A stretch of 64,000 bases of DNA, from NCBI GenBank assembly GCA_963706075.1, contig CAVPLP010000001.1:912392-976391 (forward strand). The letters run 5' to 3'. This document shows positions 9,637 to 19,151 of the stretch, one piece after another. The notes under the pieces were generated by a model, which saw only the letters and a list, made by a program, of their open reading frames with translations, did not search any database and was not told where the DNA came from. Positions within the stretch are counted from its first letter, which is position 1. The number at the start of each line of letters is the position of its first letter. The stretch is from an uncultured Actinomycetes bacterium (lineage in GTDB: Bacteria; Actinomycetota; Thermoleophilia; Gaiellales; JAICJC01). A program made the translations under genes and the position numbers.

Positions 9637-10395
9637 TTACGGAGTTGCCGGCGTCGTCCCGAAGGACTGGAGCGCCTTCAGCGTCTGCTCGAGCTGCTGG
9701 CGGGTGGCGGCGTCGAGGTTCGGCTCGAGGTCGAGGTACGCCTTGAGCGCCGTGGCGGCGGTGGTGTACTGACGCCCGGCGGCGGCATCCTGGGCCAGTG
9801 CGAACTGGTACGGGGCGTTCCGCGGGTCGAGGGCGACGAGCTTCTGGCGCAGGGCCGTGGCCTGGAGGTAGTCCGAGCTGATCCGGGACTGGAGGGTCTG
9901 AACCTTGGTGTTGTACGGCTGCGCAAGGGCGTCCTGCACCGAGTGCGAGAGCGCCGGCGCGAGCTTGAGCGCCTGGGCGGCCGAGGCCGAGGAGGGCGTC
10001 GTGTACTGCGCGGCGAGCGCCTCCGCCTTGGTCAGCTGGGTCTGGCTCTGCCGGGCCCGAAGCTCGAGCAGCGAGGCGCCGCCGGAGAGGCCGTTCTGGT
10101 CCTTCGGCCGCAGCGCGATGTAGCGCAGGTACGCGCCGATGGCCGCGTCGGTCTGGCCGTCGGCCTGGTACGCGGCCGCCAGCTCGCGCCAGGCGGGAGC
10201 GTTGTTGGGGTGCTCGCGGGTCTTGGTGGAGAGGTCGGAGATCGACCCGCTGCCGCCCCCGGTGTTCAGGAGGTCGCCGAGGTTGATGCCTCCGGCGCCC
10301 GAGCCCACGCCCAGCGCGACGAATCCCAGCCCGAACATGACTGCCAGGAAAAGGAAGACCGGTTTCTGCCCGCGGCGTATGCGTTCGAAGAGCAT
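9637..10395 (-). CDS. Membrane-anchored TPR-repeat protein
   Basis: N-terminal TM (VFLFLAVMFGLGFVALGV) followed by TPR-like helical repeats (AWRELAAAYQADGQTDAAIGAYLRYIALRP…). Confidence 0.7.
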   Translation of the reverse strand: MLFERIRRGQKPVFLFLAVMFGLGFVALGVGSGAGGINLGDLLNTGGGSGSISDLSTKTREHPNNAPAWRELAAAYQADGQTDAAIGAYLRYIALRPKDQNGLSGGASLLELRARQSQTQLTKAEALAAQYTTPSSASAAQALKLAPALSHSVQDALAQPYNTKVQTLQSRISSDYLQATALRQKLVALDPRNAPYQFALAQDAAAGRQYTTAATALKAYLDLEPNLDAATRQQLEQTLKALQSFGTTPATP

Positions 10396-10402
10396 GGGTC
10401 TC

Positions 10403-11593
10403 TCAGGCTTGGATCATCTTGGCTCTGGCGGCGGTCGCCATCGGAGACACGCCGGATCCGCGCCGGTAGCGTATCTCTCCGTCCACCATCGTCAGTGAGA
10501 CCCGGTCGCATGAGCCGCCGTACACGGCTGCCGTGATCGGGTCGTCCCAGGGCAGGAAGCTCGACCCCGACAGGTCGAGGACGCAGACGTCCGCGGCCTT
10601 TCCGGGCGTGAGCGTGCCCGCGGTGCCGCCGAGGCCGAGCGCGGCCGCCCCGCTCGTCGTCGCGAGCTCGAGGGCCGACCGGGCCGAGAGCGCGTCGGCC
10701 CGGCCGAGGCGCGCACGGGCGTGCATGATGGCCGCCCGCATCTCGGCCCACATGTCGAAGTCGATCGCCGACGACGGCGAGTCGGTGCCGAGCCCCACCC
10801 GGACGCCGGCCTCGAGCAGCTCCGGGAGCGGGGCGATCCCGCAGCCGAGGAGAGCGTTGGAGCGCGGGCAGTGGACGGCCGGCACGTCGAGCTCGGCCAT
10901 GAGCTCGATGTCGGCCGGGTCGGCGAACACGAGGTGGATCGCGACCGTGTCGGGGCCGAGGATGTCGCGAAATGCGTCCAGGTGGAGCGTCTCGCGGGAG
11001 GACTCGAGCAGGTGCGTCGCGACCGGCAGGTCCCGCTCCCTCGCGAGCCCGACGAGCATCCGGTAGTCGTCGAGCGTGACCGTGAACGGAGCGTGGGGCG
11101 AGACCCCCGGCTGCACGAGCGCGGTGGCCGTCATCGCATCGATCCGGGCCTCGGTGCGGGCGCGCAGGTCAGCCCAGTCGCTGAACCCCTCCAGGTAGAC
11201 GATCGCCCGCAGGCCGGCCTCAGCGGCGGCGGCGGCGACCGCGCCCGAGTAGCTGCAGTCGGCGATCGTCGTCACGCCCGAGCGCAGGCAGGCGGCCGCC
11301 CCGGCGCGCGCCTGCTCGAGCGAGTCGTCGGGCCCCGTCGCGGCCTTGCGCCGGATGTGGTCCTCGATCCACGGCCCGAACGTCATCCCGTCGCCGAAGC
11401 CGCCCATCGCCGCGTACTCCAGGTGGGTGTGGGCGTTGACGAGCCCCGGCAGGATCACGGAGCCGTCGAATCGCTCGTCGGCGTCCGGGCCGGCCGGGCC
11501 GACCTCGGCGATCGCGCGCCCCTCGACCCGGACCGCGCCGTCGCGGATGGGCGGGCCGTCCACGGGGACGACCCAGTCCGCCGCCAGGATCAC
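10403..11593 (-). CDS. Amidohydrolase-family deaminase/chlorohydrolase (MtaD/SsnA-like)
   Basis: LPGLVNAHTHLE metal-binding motif and C-terminal GTDS…GKAADV. GTG 11593 overlaps the tatC TGA (GTGA). The upstream part of ORF 10403..12229 is a non-protein-like read-through. Confidence 0.8.
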   Translation of the reverse strand: MILAADWVVPVDGPPIRDGAVRVEGRAIAEVGPAGPDADERFDGSVILPGLVNAHTHLEYAAMGGFGDGMTFGPWIEDHIRRKAATGPDDSLEQARAGAAACLRSGVTTIADCSYSGAVAAAAAEAGLRAIVYLEGFSDWADLRARTEARIDAMTATALVQPGVSPHAPFTVTLDDYRMLVGLARERDLPVATHLLESSRETLHLDAFRDILGPDTVAIHLVFADPADIELMAELDVPAVHCPRSNALLGCGIAPLPELLEAGVRVGLGTDSPSSAIDFDMWAEMRAAIMHARARLGRADALSARSALELATTSGAAALGLGGTAGTLTPGKAADVCVLDLSGSSFLPWDDPITAAVYGGSCDRVSLTMVDGEIRYRRGSGVSPMATAARAKMIQA

Positions 11594-12345
11594 AGCGGCT
11601 CGGGCGCCGGGTCGTTCCCGTGCTTCGGCTCGACCGCGCGCACCAGGAAGTAGCTCAGGCCGTAGAGCACGAGCACGGGGATGAACTCGGCCATCATCGT
11701 CACCGGGTCCGTCCCGGGCAGCAGGGCGGTGAGCGCCGCCAGGATCACGATCGACTCGCGCCAGCGGCGGCGCATGAGGCTCGAGCTCACGATGCCGACG
11801 CGCCCCAGCATCATCATCACGACCGGGAGCTGGAACACGAGCCCCATCGCGAGCAGCGTCAGCATGACGAAGCGGATGTAGTCGCTCGCCCTCGGGATGT
11901 AGTTGATGACCTCGGCGTTGAAGTGGGTCAGGAAGTGGATCGCCGGCGGGACGACGATGTACCAGCCGAACACCACGCCGATCAGAAACAGCGCCGGCAC
12001 CATGATCAGGAGCGGGCGGATGGAGCGCTGCGTGTCGTGCGCGAACGCCGGGATCACGAACGCGTAGATCTGGTAGCTGATCACCGGCAGCGTGATCAGA
12101 AGGCCGCCGTAGACCGAGATCATGATGGCGTTGAAGAACGCCTCGGTCGGGGCGAGCGTGACGAGCTTGACGTTGTTGTCCAGCGGCTGCTGGAGGAAGT
12201 GGTAGATCCGGACGTTCTCGACGTAGCACCCGGTCATCGCGACGGCGAGCACGGACAGCACGATGATGAGCCGCGTTCGCAGCTCCTCGAGGTGCTCGAC
12301 GAGCGTCAGCTGATCTTCCGGCCCGATGCGGCGGGGACGCGCCAC
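11590..12345 (-). CDS. tatC: Twin-arginine translocase subunit TatC
   Basis: 251 aa, 6 TM. LTLVEHLEELRTRLI and the characteristic TatC topology. Confidence 0.9.
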   Translation of the reverse strand: MARPRRIGPEDQLTLVEHLEELRTRLIIVLSVLAVAMTGCYVENVRIYHFLQQPLDNNVKLVTLAPTEAFFNAIMISVYGGLLITLPVISYQIYAFVIPAFAHDTQRSIRPLLIMVPALFLIGVVFGWYIVVPPAIHFLTHFNAEVINYIPRASDYIRFVMLTLLAMGLVFQLPVVMMMLGRVGIVSSSLMRRRWRESIVILAALTALLPGTDPVTMMAEFIPVLVLYGLSYFLVRAVEPKHGNDPAPEPL

Positions 12346-12352
12346 GGGAGGG

Positions 12353-12616
12353 CTACTCGCCTGGCTGGGGCGTGTGCTCTGCCGGCGGCGTGTATGCCGG
12401 AGGCGGCGTGTACGCCGGAGGCGGCGGCGGGTTCAGCGACGAGGTCGAGTTGCGCGCCTCGCGCGAGTCCTCGTCGTTGCCCGAGATCCCGTCCTTGAAC
12501 TCGCGGATGCCCCGGCCGAGTGAGCGGCCGGCCTCGGGCAGGCGCTTCGGGCCAAGGAAGAGGAGCGCGAGGACGAGGACGATCAGCACCTCGGGGAGAC
12601 CCAGGTTGAACGGCAT
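12353..12616 (-). CDS. tatA: Twin-arginine translocase subunit TatA/E
   Basis: MPFNLGLPEVLIVLVLALLFLGPKRLPEAGRSLGRGIREFK, with a Pro-rich PPAYTP x2 tail. ORF 12353..12856 trimmed to ATG 12616. Confidence 0.9.
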   Translation of the reverse strand: MPFNLGLPEVLIVLVLALLFLGPKRLPEAGRSLGRGIREFKDGISGNDEDSREARNSTSSLNPPPPPAYTPPPAYTPPAEHTPQPGE

Positions 12617-12695
12617 GGCTCCAGGGTAGCAGACCTCCCGCGGCTCGGGGAGGGGCACACGGCTACACTGCTCACAGGAGTCAAATCCCCAATCC

Positions 12696-13476
<781 letters not shown>

Positions 13477-13484
<8 letters not shown>

Positions 13485-14898
13485 GACTGACCTGACGCCA
13501 GAGGAGGCCCAGGCAACCGCCCTGGGTGACTACAAGTTCGGCTTCCACGACGACGTCACATCCGTGTTCCGCACGCGGCGGGGGCTGGACGAGGACGTCG
13601 TCCGCGAGATCTCCGCGCACAAGGACGAGCCGGAGTGGATGACCGACTATCGGGTGAAGGCCTACCGGCACTTCGTCGAGCGCGACCTGCCGCAGTGGGG
13701 CGCCGACCTGTCGGTGATCGACTTCGAGAACATCTACTACTACCTGAAGCCGGTCGAGGAGCAGGCCAAGACCTGGGACGACCTGCCGCCCGGCATGAAG
13801 GAGACGTGGGACAAGCTCGGGATCCCCGAGGCCGAGAAGAAGTATCTCGCCGGCGTCGGCGCCCAGTACGAGTCCGAGGTCGTCTACCACAACCTCCAGA
13901 AGGATCTCGCCGACAAGGGCGTGCTCTTCCTCGACATGGACTCGGGCCTGCGCGAGCACGAGGACATCGTGCGCGAGCACTTCGGCACGATCATCCCGTA
14001 CAACGACAACAAGTTCGCCGCGCTCAACTCGGCCGTCTGGTCGGGCGGGTCGTTCATCTACGTGCCGCCGGGCGTCAAGGTCGAGCTTCCGCTCCAGGCC
14101 TACTTCCGCATCAACGCCGAGAACATGGGCCAGTTCGAGCGCACGCTGATCCTGGTCGACAAGGACGCCTACGTCCACTACGTCGAGGGCTGCACCGCGC
14201 CGATCTACTCGACCGACTCGCTGCACTCCGCGGTGGTCGAGATCCACGTCGCCGAGGGCGGCCGCTGCCGCTACACGACCATTCAGAACTGGTCGACCAA
14301 CGTCTACAACCTGGTCACCAAGCGGGCCGTGGCCGAGAAGAACGCCACGATGGAGTGGGTCGACGGCAACCTGGGGTCGCAGATCACCATGAAGTACCCG
14401 GCAGTCCTCCTGAAGGGCCAGGGCGCGCACGGCGAGGTGCTGTCGATCGCGTTCGCCGGCAAGGGCCAGCATCAGGACGCCGGCGGCAAGATCACGCACA
14501 TGGCGCCCGACACGACGTCGGTCATCACCTCGAAGTCGATCTCGAAGGACGGCGGCCAGGCCTCGTACCGCGGCCTGCTCCAGGTGAACGACGGCGCGAC
14601 GGGATCCCGCTCCAAGGTCGTCTGCGACGCGCTGATCCTCGACGAGGACAGCCGCACCGACACGTACCCGTACATCGACATCAAGGAGAACGCGGTCGAC
14701 ATCGGCCACGAGGCGACCGTCTCCAAGATCGGCGACGAGCAGCTCTTCTACCTGATGAGCCGCGGCCTCTCGGAAGAGGAGGCCTCGGCGATGATCGTGT
14801 CGGGCTTCATCGAGCCGATCACCAAGGAGCTCCCGCTGGAGTACGCCGTCGAGATGAACCGGCTGATCCAGTTGCAGATGGAAGGGTCTGTGGGCTGA
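13477..14898 (+). CDS. sufB: Fe-S cluster assembly scaffold SufB
   Basis: Strong SufB similarity throughout. GTG 13477 with a GAGGAGG SD 10 nt upstream; ATG 13450 is an alternative start. Overlaps the sufC stop. Confidence 0.95.
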
Positions 14899-16043
14899 TG
14901 GCGACGGCGACCGAGCCCGCCTGGCTGGCGGGTGCCCGCGAGGCTGCCCGGGCGACGTACGAGGCGCTCCCGGTCCCGACCAACCGCGAGGAGGCGTGGC
15001 GCTTCACGAACCTCCGCGGCTTCGATCCGGACGCCTTCGAGGCGCATCCGGGAACGCTCACGATCGAGGGCGATCCCGCCGGCGGCGTCACGTTCGGAAG
15101 CATCGCGCGGCTGGTGGCCGAGCGGCCGGAGCTCGTCGAGCCGCACCTTGGCACGGTCGTCTCGGGCGACGAGAAGTTCGCGGCGGGGAACGCCGCTCGC
15201 TGGGCTGACGGCGTCTTCCTGCACGTCCCGGCCGGCGTCCACGTCGAGGCCCCGCTCCGCGCCGCGCTCGAGCTGACCTCCGAGGGCTCCGCCCTCTACC
15301 ACCGCGTGCTCGTCGTCGTCGAGCGCGGGGCGCGCGTGACCTTCACCGAGGAGTTCTTGTCGAGCGTGCCCGGCTATCTGAACGTGGTCGTCGAGCTCAA
15401 GGTCGCCGACGACGCCCACCTCGAGTACGTGACGATCCAGAACCACCACGCCGAGACGCGCCAGTTCGGCACGCATCGCGCCACCGTCGGCCGCGACGCG
15501 AGCCTCGACTGGATCGCCGCGGCGATGGGAGGGACGCGCGCCAAGTCGCGGATGGAGAGCTACCTCGCCGACCGGGGTGCCTCCGTCAAGGTCACGGGCG
15601 CCTACTACCTCACCGGCCGCGAGCACGTCGACTACGACACCACCCAGGAGCACGCCGCTCCCGACACGATGTCCGACCTCGCGTTCAAGGGGGTGCTCGA
15701 CGAGCGCTCCCGAGCCGTGTGGCGCGGGGTCATCCGCGTCGACCGGGGGGCGCAGAAGACCGACGCCTATCAGGAGAACCGCAACCTGCTCCTCTCGCCC
15801 GACGCGCAGGCGACGCCGATCCCCGGCCTCGAGATCGAGGCCAACGACGTCCGCTGCACCCACGGCGCGACGGTCGGCCAGGTCGACGCGCAGCATCTCT
15901 TCTACCTCATGAGCCGCGGCCTCTCGAAGGCCGACGCGCAGCGGGTCATCGTCCGGGGGTTCTTCGAGCCGGTGCTCGAGCGGATCGCCTCCGAGCCGGT
16001 GCGAGACGCCCTCGCGGCGGCGCTCGACGCGCGAATCGGGTAA
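14898..16043 (+). CDS. sufD: Fe-S cluster assembly protein SufD
   Basis: The ATG overlaps the sufB TGA (TGATG). SufB/SufD beta-helix family; C-terminal [12 protein letters not shown]-type motif ([13 protein letters not shown]). Confidence 0.9.
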   Translation: MATATEPAWLAGAREAARATYEALPVPTNREEAWRFTNLRGFDPDAFEAHPGTLTIEGDPAGGVTFGSIARLVAERPELVEPHLGTVVSGDEKFAAGNAARWADGVFLHVPAGVHVEAPLRAALELTSEGSALYHRVLVVVERGARVTFTEEFLSSVPGYLNVVVELKVADDAHLEYVTIQNHHAETRQFGTHRATVGRDASLDWIAAAMGGTRAKSRMESYLADRGASVKVTGAYYLTGREHVDYDTTQEHAAPDTMSDLAFKGVLDERSRAVWRGVIRVDRGAQKTDAYQENRNLLLSPDAQATPIPGLEIEANDVRCTHGATVGQVDAQHLFYLMSRGLSKADAQRVIVRGFFEPVLERIASEPVRDALAAALDARIG

Positions 16044-16062
16044 CGCTACAGTTGGTACATGG
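16034..16062 (+). repeat. 29-nt exact direct repeat, copy 1 (atcgggtaacgctacagttggtacatggg)
   Basis: Identical to 16451..16479. Spans the sufD TAA and the ATG of paralog A, marking a tandem-duplication junction. Confidence 0.9.
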
Positions 16063-16402
16063 GTCGGCGTTACCTCCCCGTGCTTGCCGTCGTGCTTCTC
16101 GGCGCGGCGGCGCTCGCGGCGTCGTTCGTCCTCACGCCGACCCCGACACGTTTGCCCGACTCGACGGACATCAGGTGCGGATCGCGGCTGACATGCACGC
16201 GGTCGACTACGCGATCCTCGTGTGCCGGATCGGAGGGTTCGTAACCCTGCTCGCCGGCGTCTACCTCACCTATCGACGCTGGCGACCGGATCAGATGCAG
16301 GAGGGCGAGGGCGCCCCGAGGCAGTGGCGCGACCCGCACGAGGACCTGCGTCCCGAGGGCGGCGACCCCATGGCGCGGGCCGAGCTCATGCGCCGCGGCT
16401 GA
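16059..16402 (+). pseudogene. Small 2-TM 'MHAVDY' membrane protein, paralog A (frame-disrupted)
   Basis: The N-terminus (MGRRYLPVLAVVLLGAAALAASFVLTPTPT) and the remainder (FARLDGHQVRIAADMHAVDYAILVCRIGGFVTLLAGVYLTY…) are in different frames. The linker is 44 nt, against 48 nt in paralogs B and C. Confidence 0.6.
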
Positions 16403-16405
16403 CAC

Positions 16406-16434
16406 GCAACATCGGGGTCTGACCCCGGGGTTGC
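16406..16434. repeat. REP-like palindrome, copy 1 (gcaacatcggggtc-t-gaccccggggttgc)
   Basis: 14-nt arms around a central T with 2 mismatches. Same element as at 17166, 61476 and (degenerate) 55214. Confidence 0.85.
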
Positions 16435-16450
16435 ATCGCTCGCCGCGGTG

Positions 16451-16479
16451 ATCGGGTAACGCTACAGTTGGTACATGGG
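16451..16479 (+). repeat. 29-nt exact direct repeat, copy 2
   Basis: Identical to 16034..16062. Contains the ATG of paralog B. Confidence 0.9.
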
Positions 16480-16822
16480 CCGGGTCCGGCGCGACCGGGT
16501 GTTGTTCATCGCACTGCTTGCGGTGGGCGTCCTCGCGCTGTCGCTCTCGTACGCGCTCGAACCGACGCCTTACCAGTACGTGAGGATGCGGGACTACGGT
16601 CGGGTCCGTGTCGACGCGACGATGCACGCCGTCGACTACGTGATCGTCGCCCTGCGGGTCGGCGGGGTGGTTGCGCTCATCGCCGGCGGATACCTGACGT
16701 ATCGAAGCCTGAGGCCGGACCGGATCGACGAGTCCGAGGGGCAGGCTGCCCATCCGGACGACCGGTACGCGCACATCCCGCCGGACAGCGGCAACCCCGG
16801 CGTGCGGAGCGGCATCGGATGA
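16475..16822 (+). CDS. Small 2-TM 'MHAVDY' membrane protein, paralog B
   Basis: 115 aa. TM1 VLFIALLAVGVLALSLSYAL, then EPTP…GRVRVDATMHAVDYVIVALRVGGVVALIAGGYLTY. Confidence 0.7.
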   Translation: MGRVRRDRVLFIALLAVGVLALSLSYALEPTPYQYVRMRDYGRVRVDATMHAVDYVIVALRVGGVVALIAGGYLTYRSLRPDRIDESEGQAAHPDDRYAHIPPDSGNPGVRSGIG

Positions 16823-17184
16823 GGCTCGCGGGCAGGCGACTGCTGCTCTTCGGCCTCGTGGTTGCGCTCCTCGGGCTGGCGGCCCTGGCGGTCTCGTTCG
16901 TGTTGACGCCGACGCCCAACACCTCCGCCGTCCTCTCGAACGGGCATCGCGTCCCGGTCGCCGCCGAGATGCACGCGGTCGACTACGCGATCCTGTCCCT
17001 TCGGATCGGCGGCGTGCTCGTCCTGCTCGCCGGCGCCTATCTGGCCTCTCGCGCCCGGCGGCCGCCTCGATCCCTTGACGCGGAGGATCCTCCCGACTAC
17101 GAGCCCAGCGACCCCGCGGGATGGGCTGCGGACACGACACGGTACGGCGACGCGCCGCTTCTGAGGCGCAACATCGGGGTCTGA
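16818..17184 (+). CDS. Small 2-TM 'MHAVDY' membrane protein, paralog C
   Basis: ATGA overlap with paralog B. MRLAGRRLLLFGLVVALLGLAALAVSFVLTPTP…GHRVPVAAEMHAVDYAILSLRIGGVLVLLAGAYL. Its stop codon is the centre of REP copy 2. Confidence 0.7.
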
Positions 17185-17198
17185 CCCCGTTGTTGCGC
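17166..17198. repeat. REP-like palindrome, copy 2 (gcgcaacatcggggtc-t-gaccccgttgttgcgc)
   Basis: 33-nt palindrome with 1 mismatch, located between paralog C and sufS. Confidence 0.9.
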
Positions 17199-17238
17199 GG
17201 CGGAGGCCGGTGGAGGGTGCCCGTCTAGACTGCGAGGC

Positions 17239-18483
17239 ATGGCGGTCGAAGCCCCGACGACGCCGCTTGACGCGGCTCGGCTGAAGCTCGATTTCCCGAT
17301 CCTCATGCGCGAGGTGAACGGGAAGCTGCCGGCGTACCTCGACTCGGCGGCCTCCTCGCAGAAGCCGCGTCAGGTGATCGACACCATCGTGGACGTCTAC
17401 GAGACGTCGTACGCGGCCGTCCACCGGGCGGTCTACGCGCTGGGTGAGCGGGCGACCGAGCGCTACGAGGGCGCGCGCGACATCGTCGCGGAGCTCCTCA
17501 ACGCCCGCAGCCGGCGCGAGGTGATCTTCGTCCGCAACGCGACTGAGGGCATCAACCTGGTCGCCTACGGCTACGGGCTGCGGTTCCTGGGCAAGGGCGA
17601 CGTGATCGTCTCGACCGAGATGGAGCACCACTCGAACCTGGTGCCGTGGCAGGAGCTCGCCCGCCGCACCGGCGCGGAGCTCCGCTTCGTGCGCCTGACC
17701 GACCGCGGAGAGCTCGATCCCGAGTCGTTCGAGGCGCTCGGCTCGGCCAACGTCAAGCTCGTCGCCGCCACCCACGTCTCGAACTCGCTCGGCACGGTGA
17801 ACAACATCGCCGCGATCGCCCGCTGGGCGCACGAGCACGGTGCGGTGATGGTGTGCGACGGCGCGCAGGCTGCTCCCCACCGGCCGGTCGACATGCAGGC
17901 GCTGGGCTGCGACTTCTACGCCATCTCCGGGCACAAGATGTGCGGGCCGGGGATCGGCGCTCTGTGGGGCCGGGCCGACCTGCTCGAGGCGATGGACCCG
18001 TTCCTGACCGGCGGCGGCCAGATCGCGAAGGTCACGCTCGAGGGCGCGACCTGGAACGAGCTCCCGTACAAGTTCGAGCCCGGCGTGCCGCCTCTGGCCG
18101 AGGCGGTCGGGTTCGGCGCGGCGATCGACTACGTCACCGGCGTCGGCCTCGACGCGATCCACGAGCACGAGCAGGTGCTCACCGCCTATGGGTGGGAGCT
18201 GCTCTCCGCGATCCCGGGCGTCACGCTCTACGGCCCGCCGCCGCCCGATCGGGCAGGCATCCTGTCGTTCACCGTGGACGGCGTCCACGCCCACGACGTC
18301 GCCCAGATCCTCGACGCCGAGGGCGTGTGCGTGCGCGCCGGCCACCATTGCACCCAGCCGGCCATGCGCCACTTCGACGTGGTCGCAACGACCCGCGCGA
18401 GCCTCTACCTCTACAACACCACCGACGATCTCGACCGGCTTGCCGTCGGTCTCGACAGGGTCAAGCGGACGTTCGAGGTGTGA
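17239..18483 (+). CDS. sufS: Cysteine desulfurase SufS (class V aminotransferase, group II)
   Basis: 414 aa. YLDSAASSQKP, ATHVSNSLGTVN, ISGHKMCGPGIG (PLP Lys), RAGHHCTQP (active-site Cys loop). Confidence 0.95.
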   Translation: MAVEAPTTPLDAARLKLDFPILMREVNGKLPAYLDSAASSQKPRQVIDTIVDVYETSYAAVHRAVYALGERATERYEGARDIVAELLNARSRREVIFVRNATEGINLVAYGYGLRFLGKGDVIVSTEMEHHSNLVPWQELARRTGAELRFVRLTDRGELDPESFEALGSANVKLVAATHVSNSLGTVNNIAAIARWAHEHGAVMVCDGAQAAPHRPVDMQALGCDFYAISGHKMCGPGIGALWGRADLLEAMDPFLTGGGQIAKVTLEGATWNELPYKFEPGVPPLAEAVGFGAAIDYVTGVGLDAIHEHEQVLTAYGWELLSAIPGVTLYGPPPPDRAGILSFTVDGVHAHDVAQILDAEGVCVRAGHHCTQPAMRHFDVVATTRASLYLYNTTDDLDRLAVGLDRVKRTFEV

Positions 18484-19139
18484 GCGCCGGCATCGCCGTC
18501 CGGCCGCTCGACCGCGTGCCGGCGGTGGTGATCGCGGCGCCGCCCGAGCTCGGCCCGGCAGACGCGGCCCGGGTCGATGCGGAGCGGCGCCGGCTCGACG
18601 CGCACCCGGCGATGGTCGACGGGCCGATCCTGATGGTCTCCACGGCTGCGCCTGACCGGCTCGCGGTCTACCCGGCGACGTACGCCTGGCACACCGCGGA
18701 CCGGGCCGGGCCGCTCCCGGGCACGCACGGCGCGCTGGGCGTGCAGCTCGCGCTGGTCGGGGAGGACGGCACGCTCGTGTGGCAGAGACGCTCCGACACC
18801 GTCGACCACCCCGGCGGGTGGACGATCAGCGTCGCCGGCACGGCGGTGCCGGGCGTCGCCCTGGAACGCCAGATCGCCGCCGAGGCGGACGAGGAGCTCG
18901 GGCTCACACGGGGCGACCTGCTCGGCCTCGAGCCGTTGGCGCTCGTGGACGACCGCCGGGGCCGCACCGTCCAGGTCGTCTTCCGCGCCGGCCTCTCGCC
19001 GTCGGCGCGGATCGTGCCGCGGCCGGACGAGGTGGCCGAGATCCGGCTGGCCGCCGCCTACCCCGGCGACGGCCCCGCCGAGTCGATCACCGCGGCCTGG
19101 TGGCCCGACCTGGTCCGGCTCGCCACGGGGGAAGGGTAG
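18480..19139 (+). CDS. Nudix-fold-like protein with degenerate Nudix box
   Basis: GTG 18480 overlaps the sufS TGA (GTGA). GGWTISVAGTAVPGVALERQIAAEADEELGL resembles Gx5Ex7REUxEExGU but has A in place of R and lacks the first E. Confidence 0.55.
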   Translation: MSAGIAVRPLDRVPAVVIAAPPELGPADAARVDAERRRLDAHPAMVDGPILMVSTAAPDRLAVYPATYAWHTADRAGPLPGTHGALGVQLALVGEDGTLVWQRRSDTVDHPGGWTISVAGTAVPGVALERQIAAEADEELGLTRGDLLGLEPLALVDDRRGRTVQVVFRAGLSPSARIVPRPDEVAEIRLAAAYPGDGPAESITAAWWPDLVRLATGEG

Positions 19140-19151
19140 AATTCCCCACAG

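Noticed and set aside
2346-10536. Very long ORFs on the opposite strand or in alternative frames of real genes (for example 2346..6083 +, 5768..7945 -, 7648..10536 +, 2182..4110 -). Similar ones occur elsewhere (41714..43657 -, 42490..44667 +, 52033..54531 -, 55442..57847 +).
   Set aside because: Their translations are dominated by Arg/Pro/Gly/Ala/Asp runs with no domain-like sequence. They lie antisense or out of frame to strongly recognisable genes. These are the classic stop-codon-poor shadow ORFs of a ~70% GC genome.
12372-12430. An 18-nt tandem repeat (ggcggcgtgtaYgccgga x2) that looked like a micro-satellite.
   Set aside because: It lies inside tatA and simply encodes the Pro-rich PPAYTP-PPAYTP tail. 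This is low-complexity coding sequence, not a separate element.
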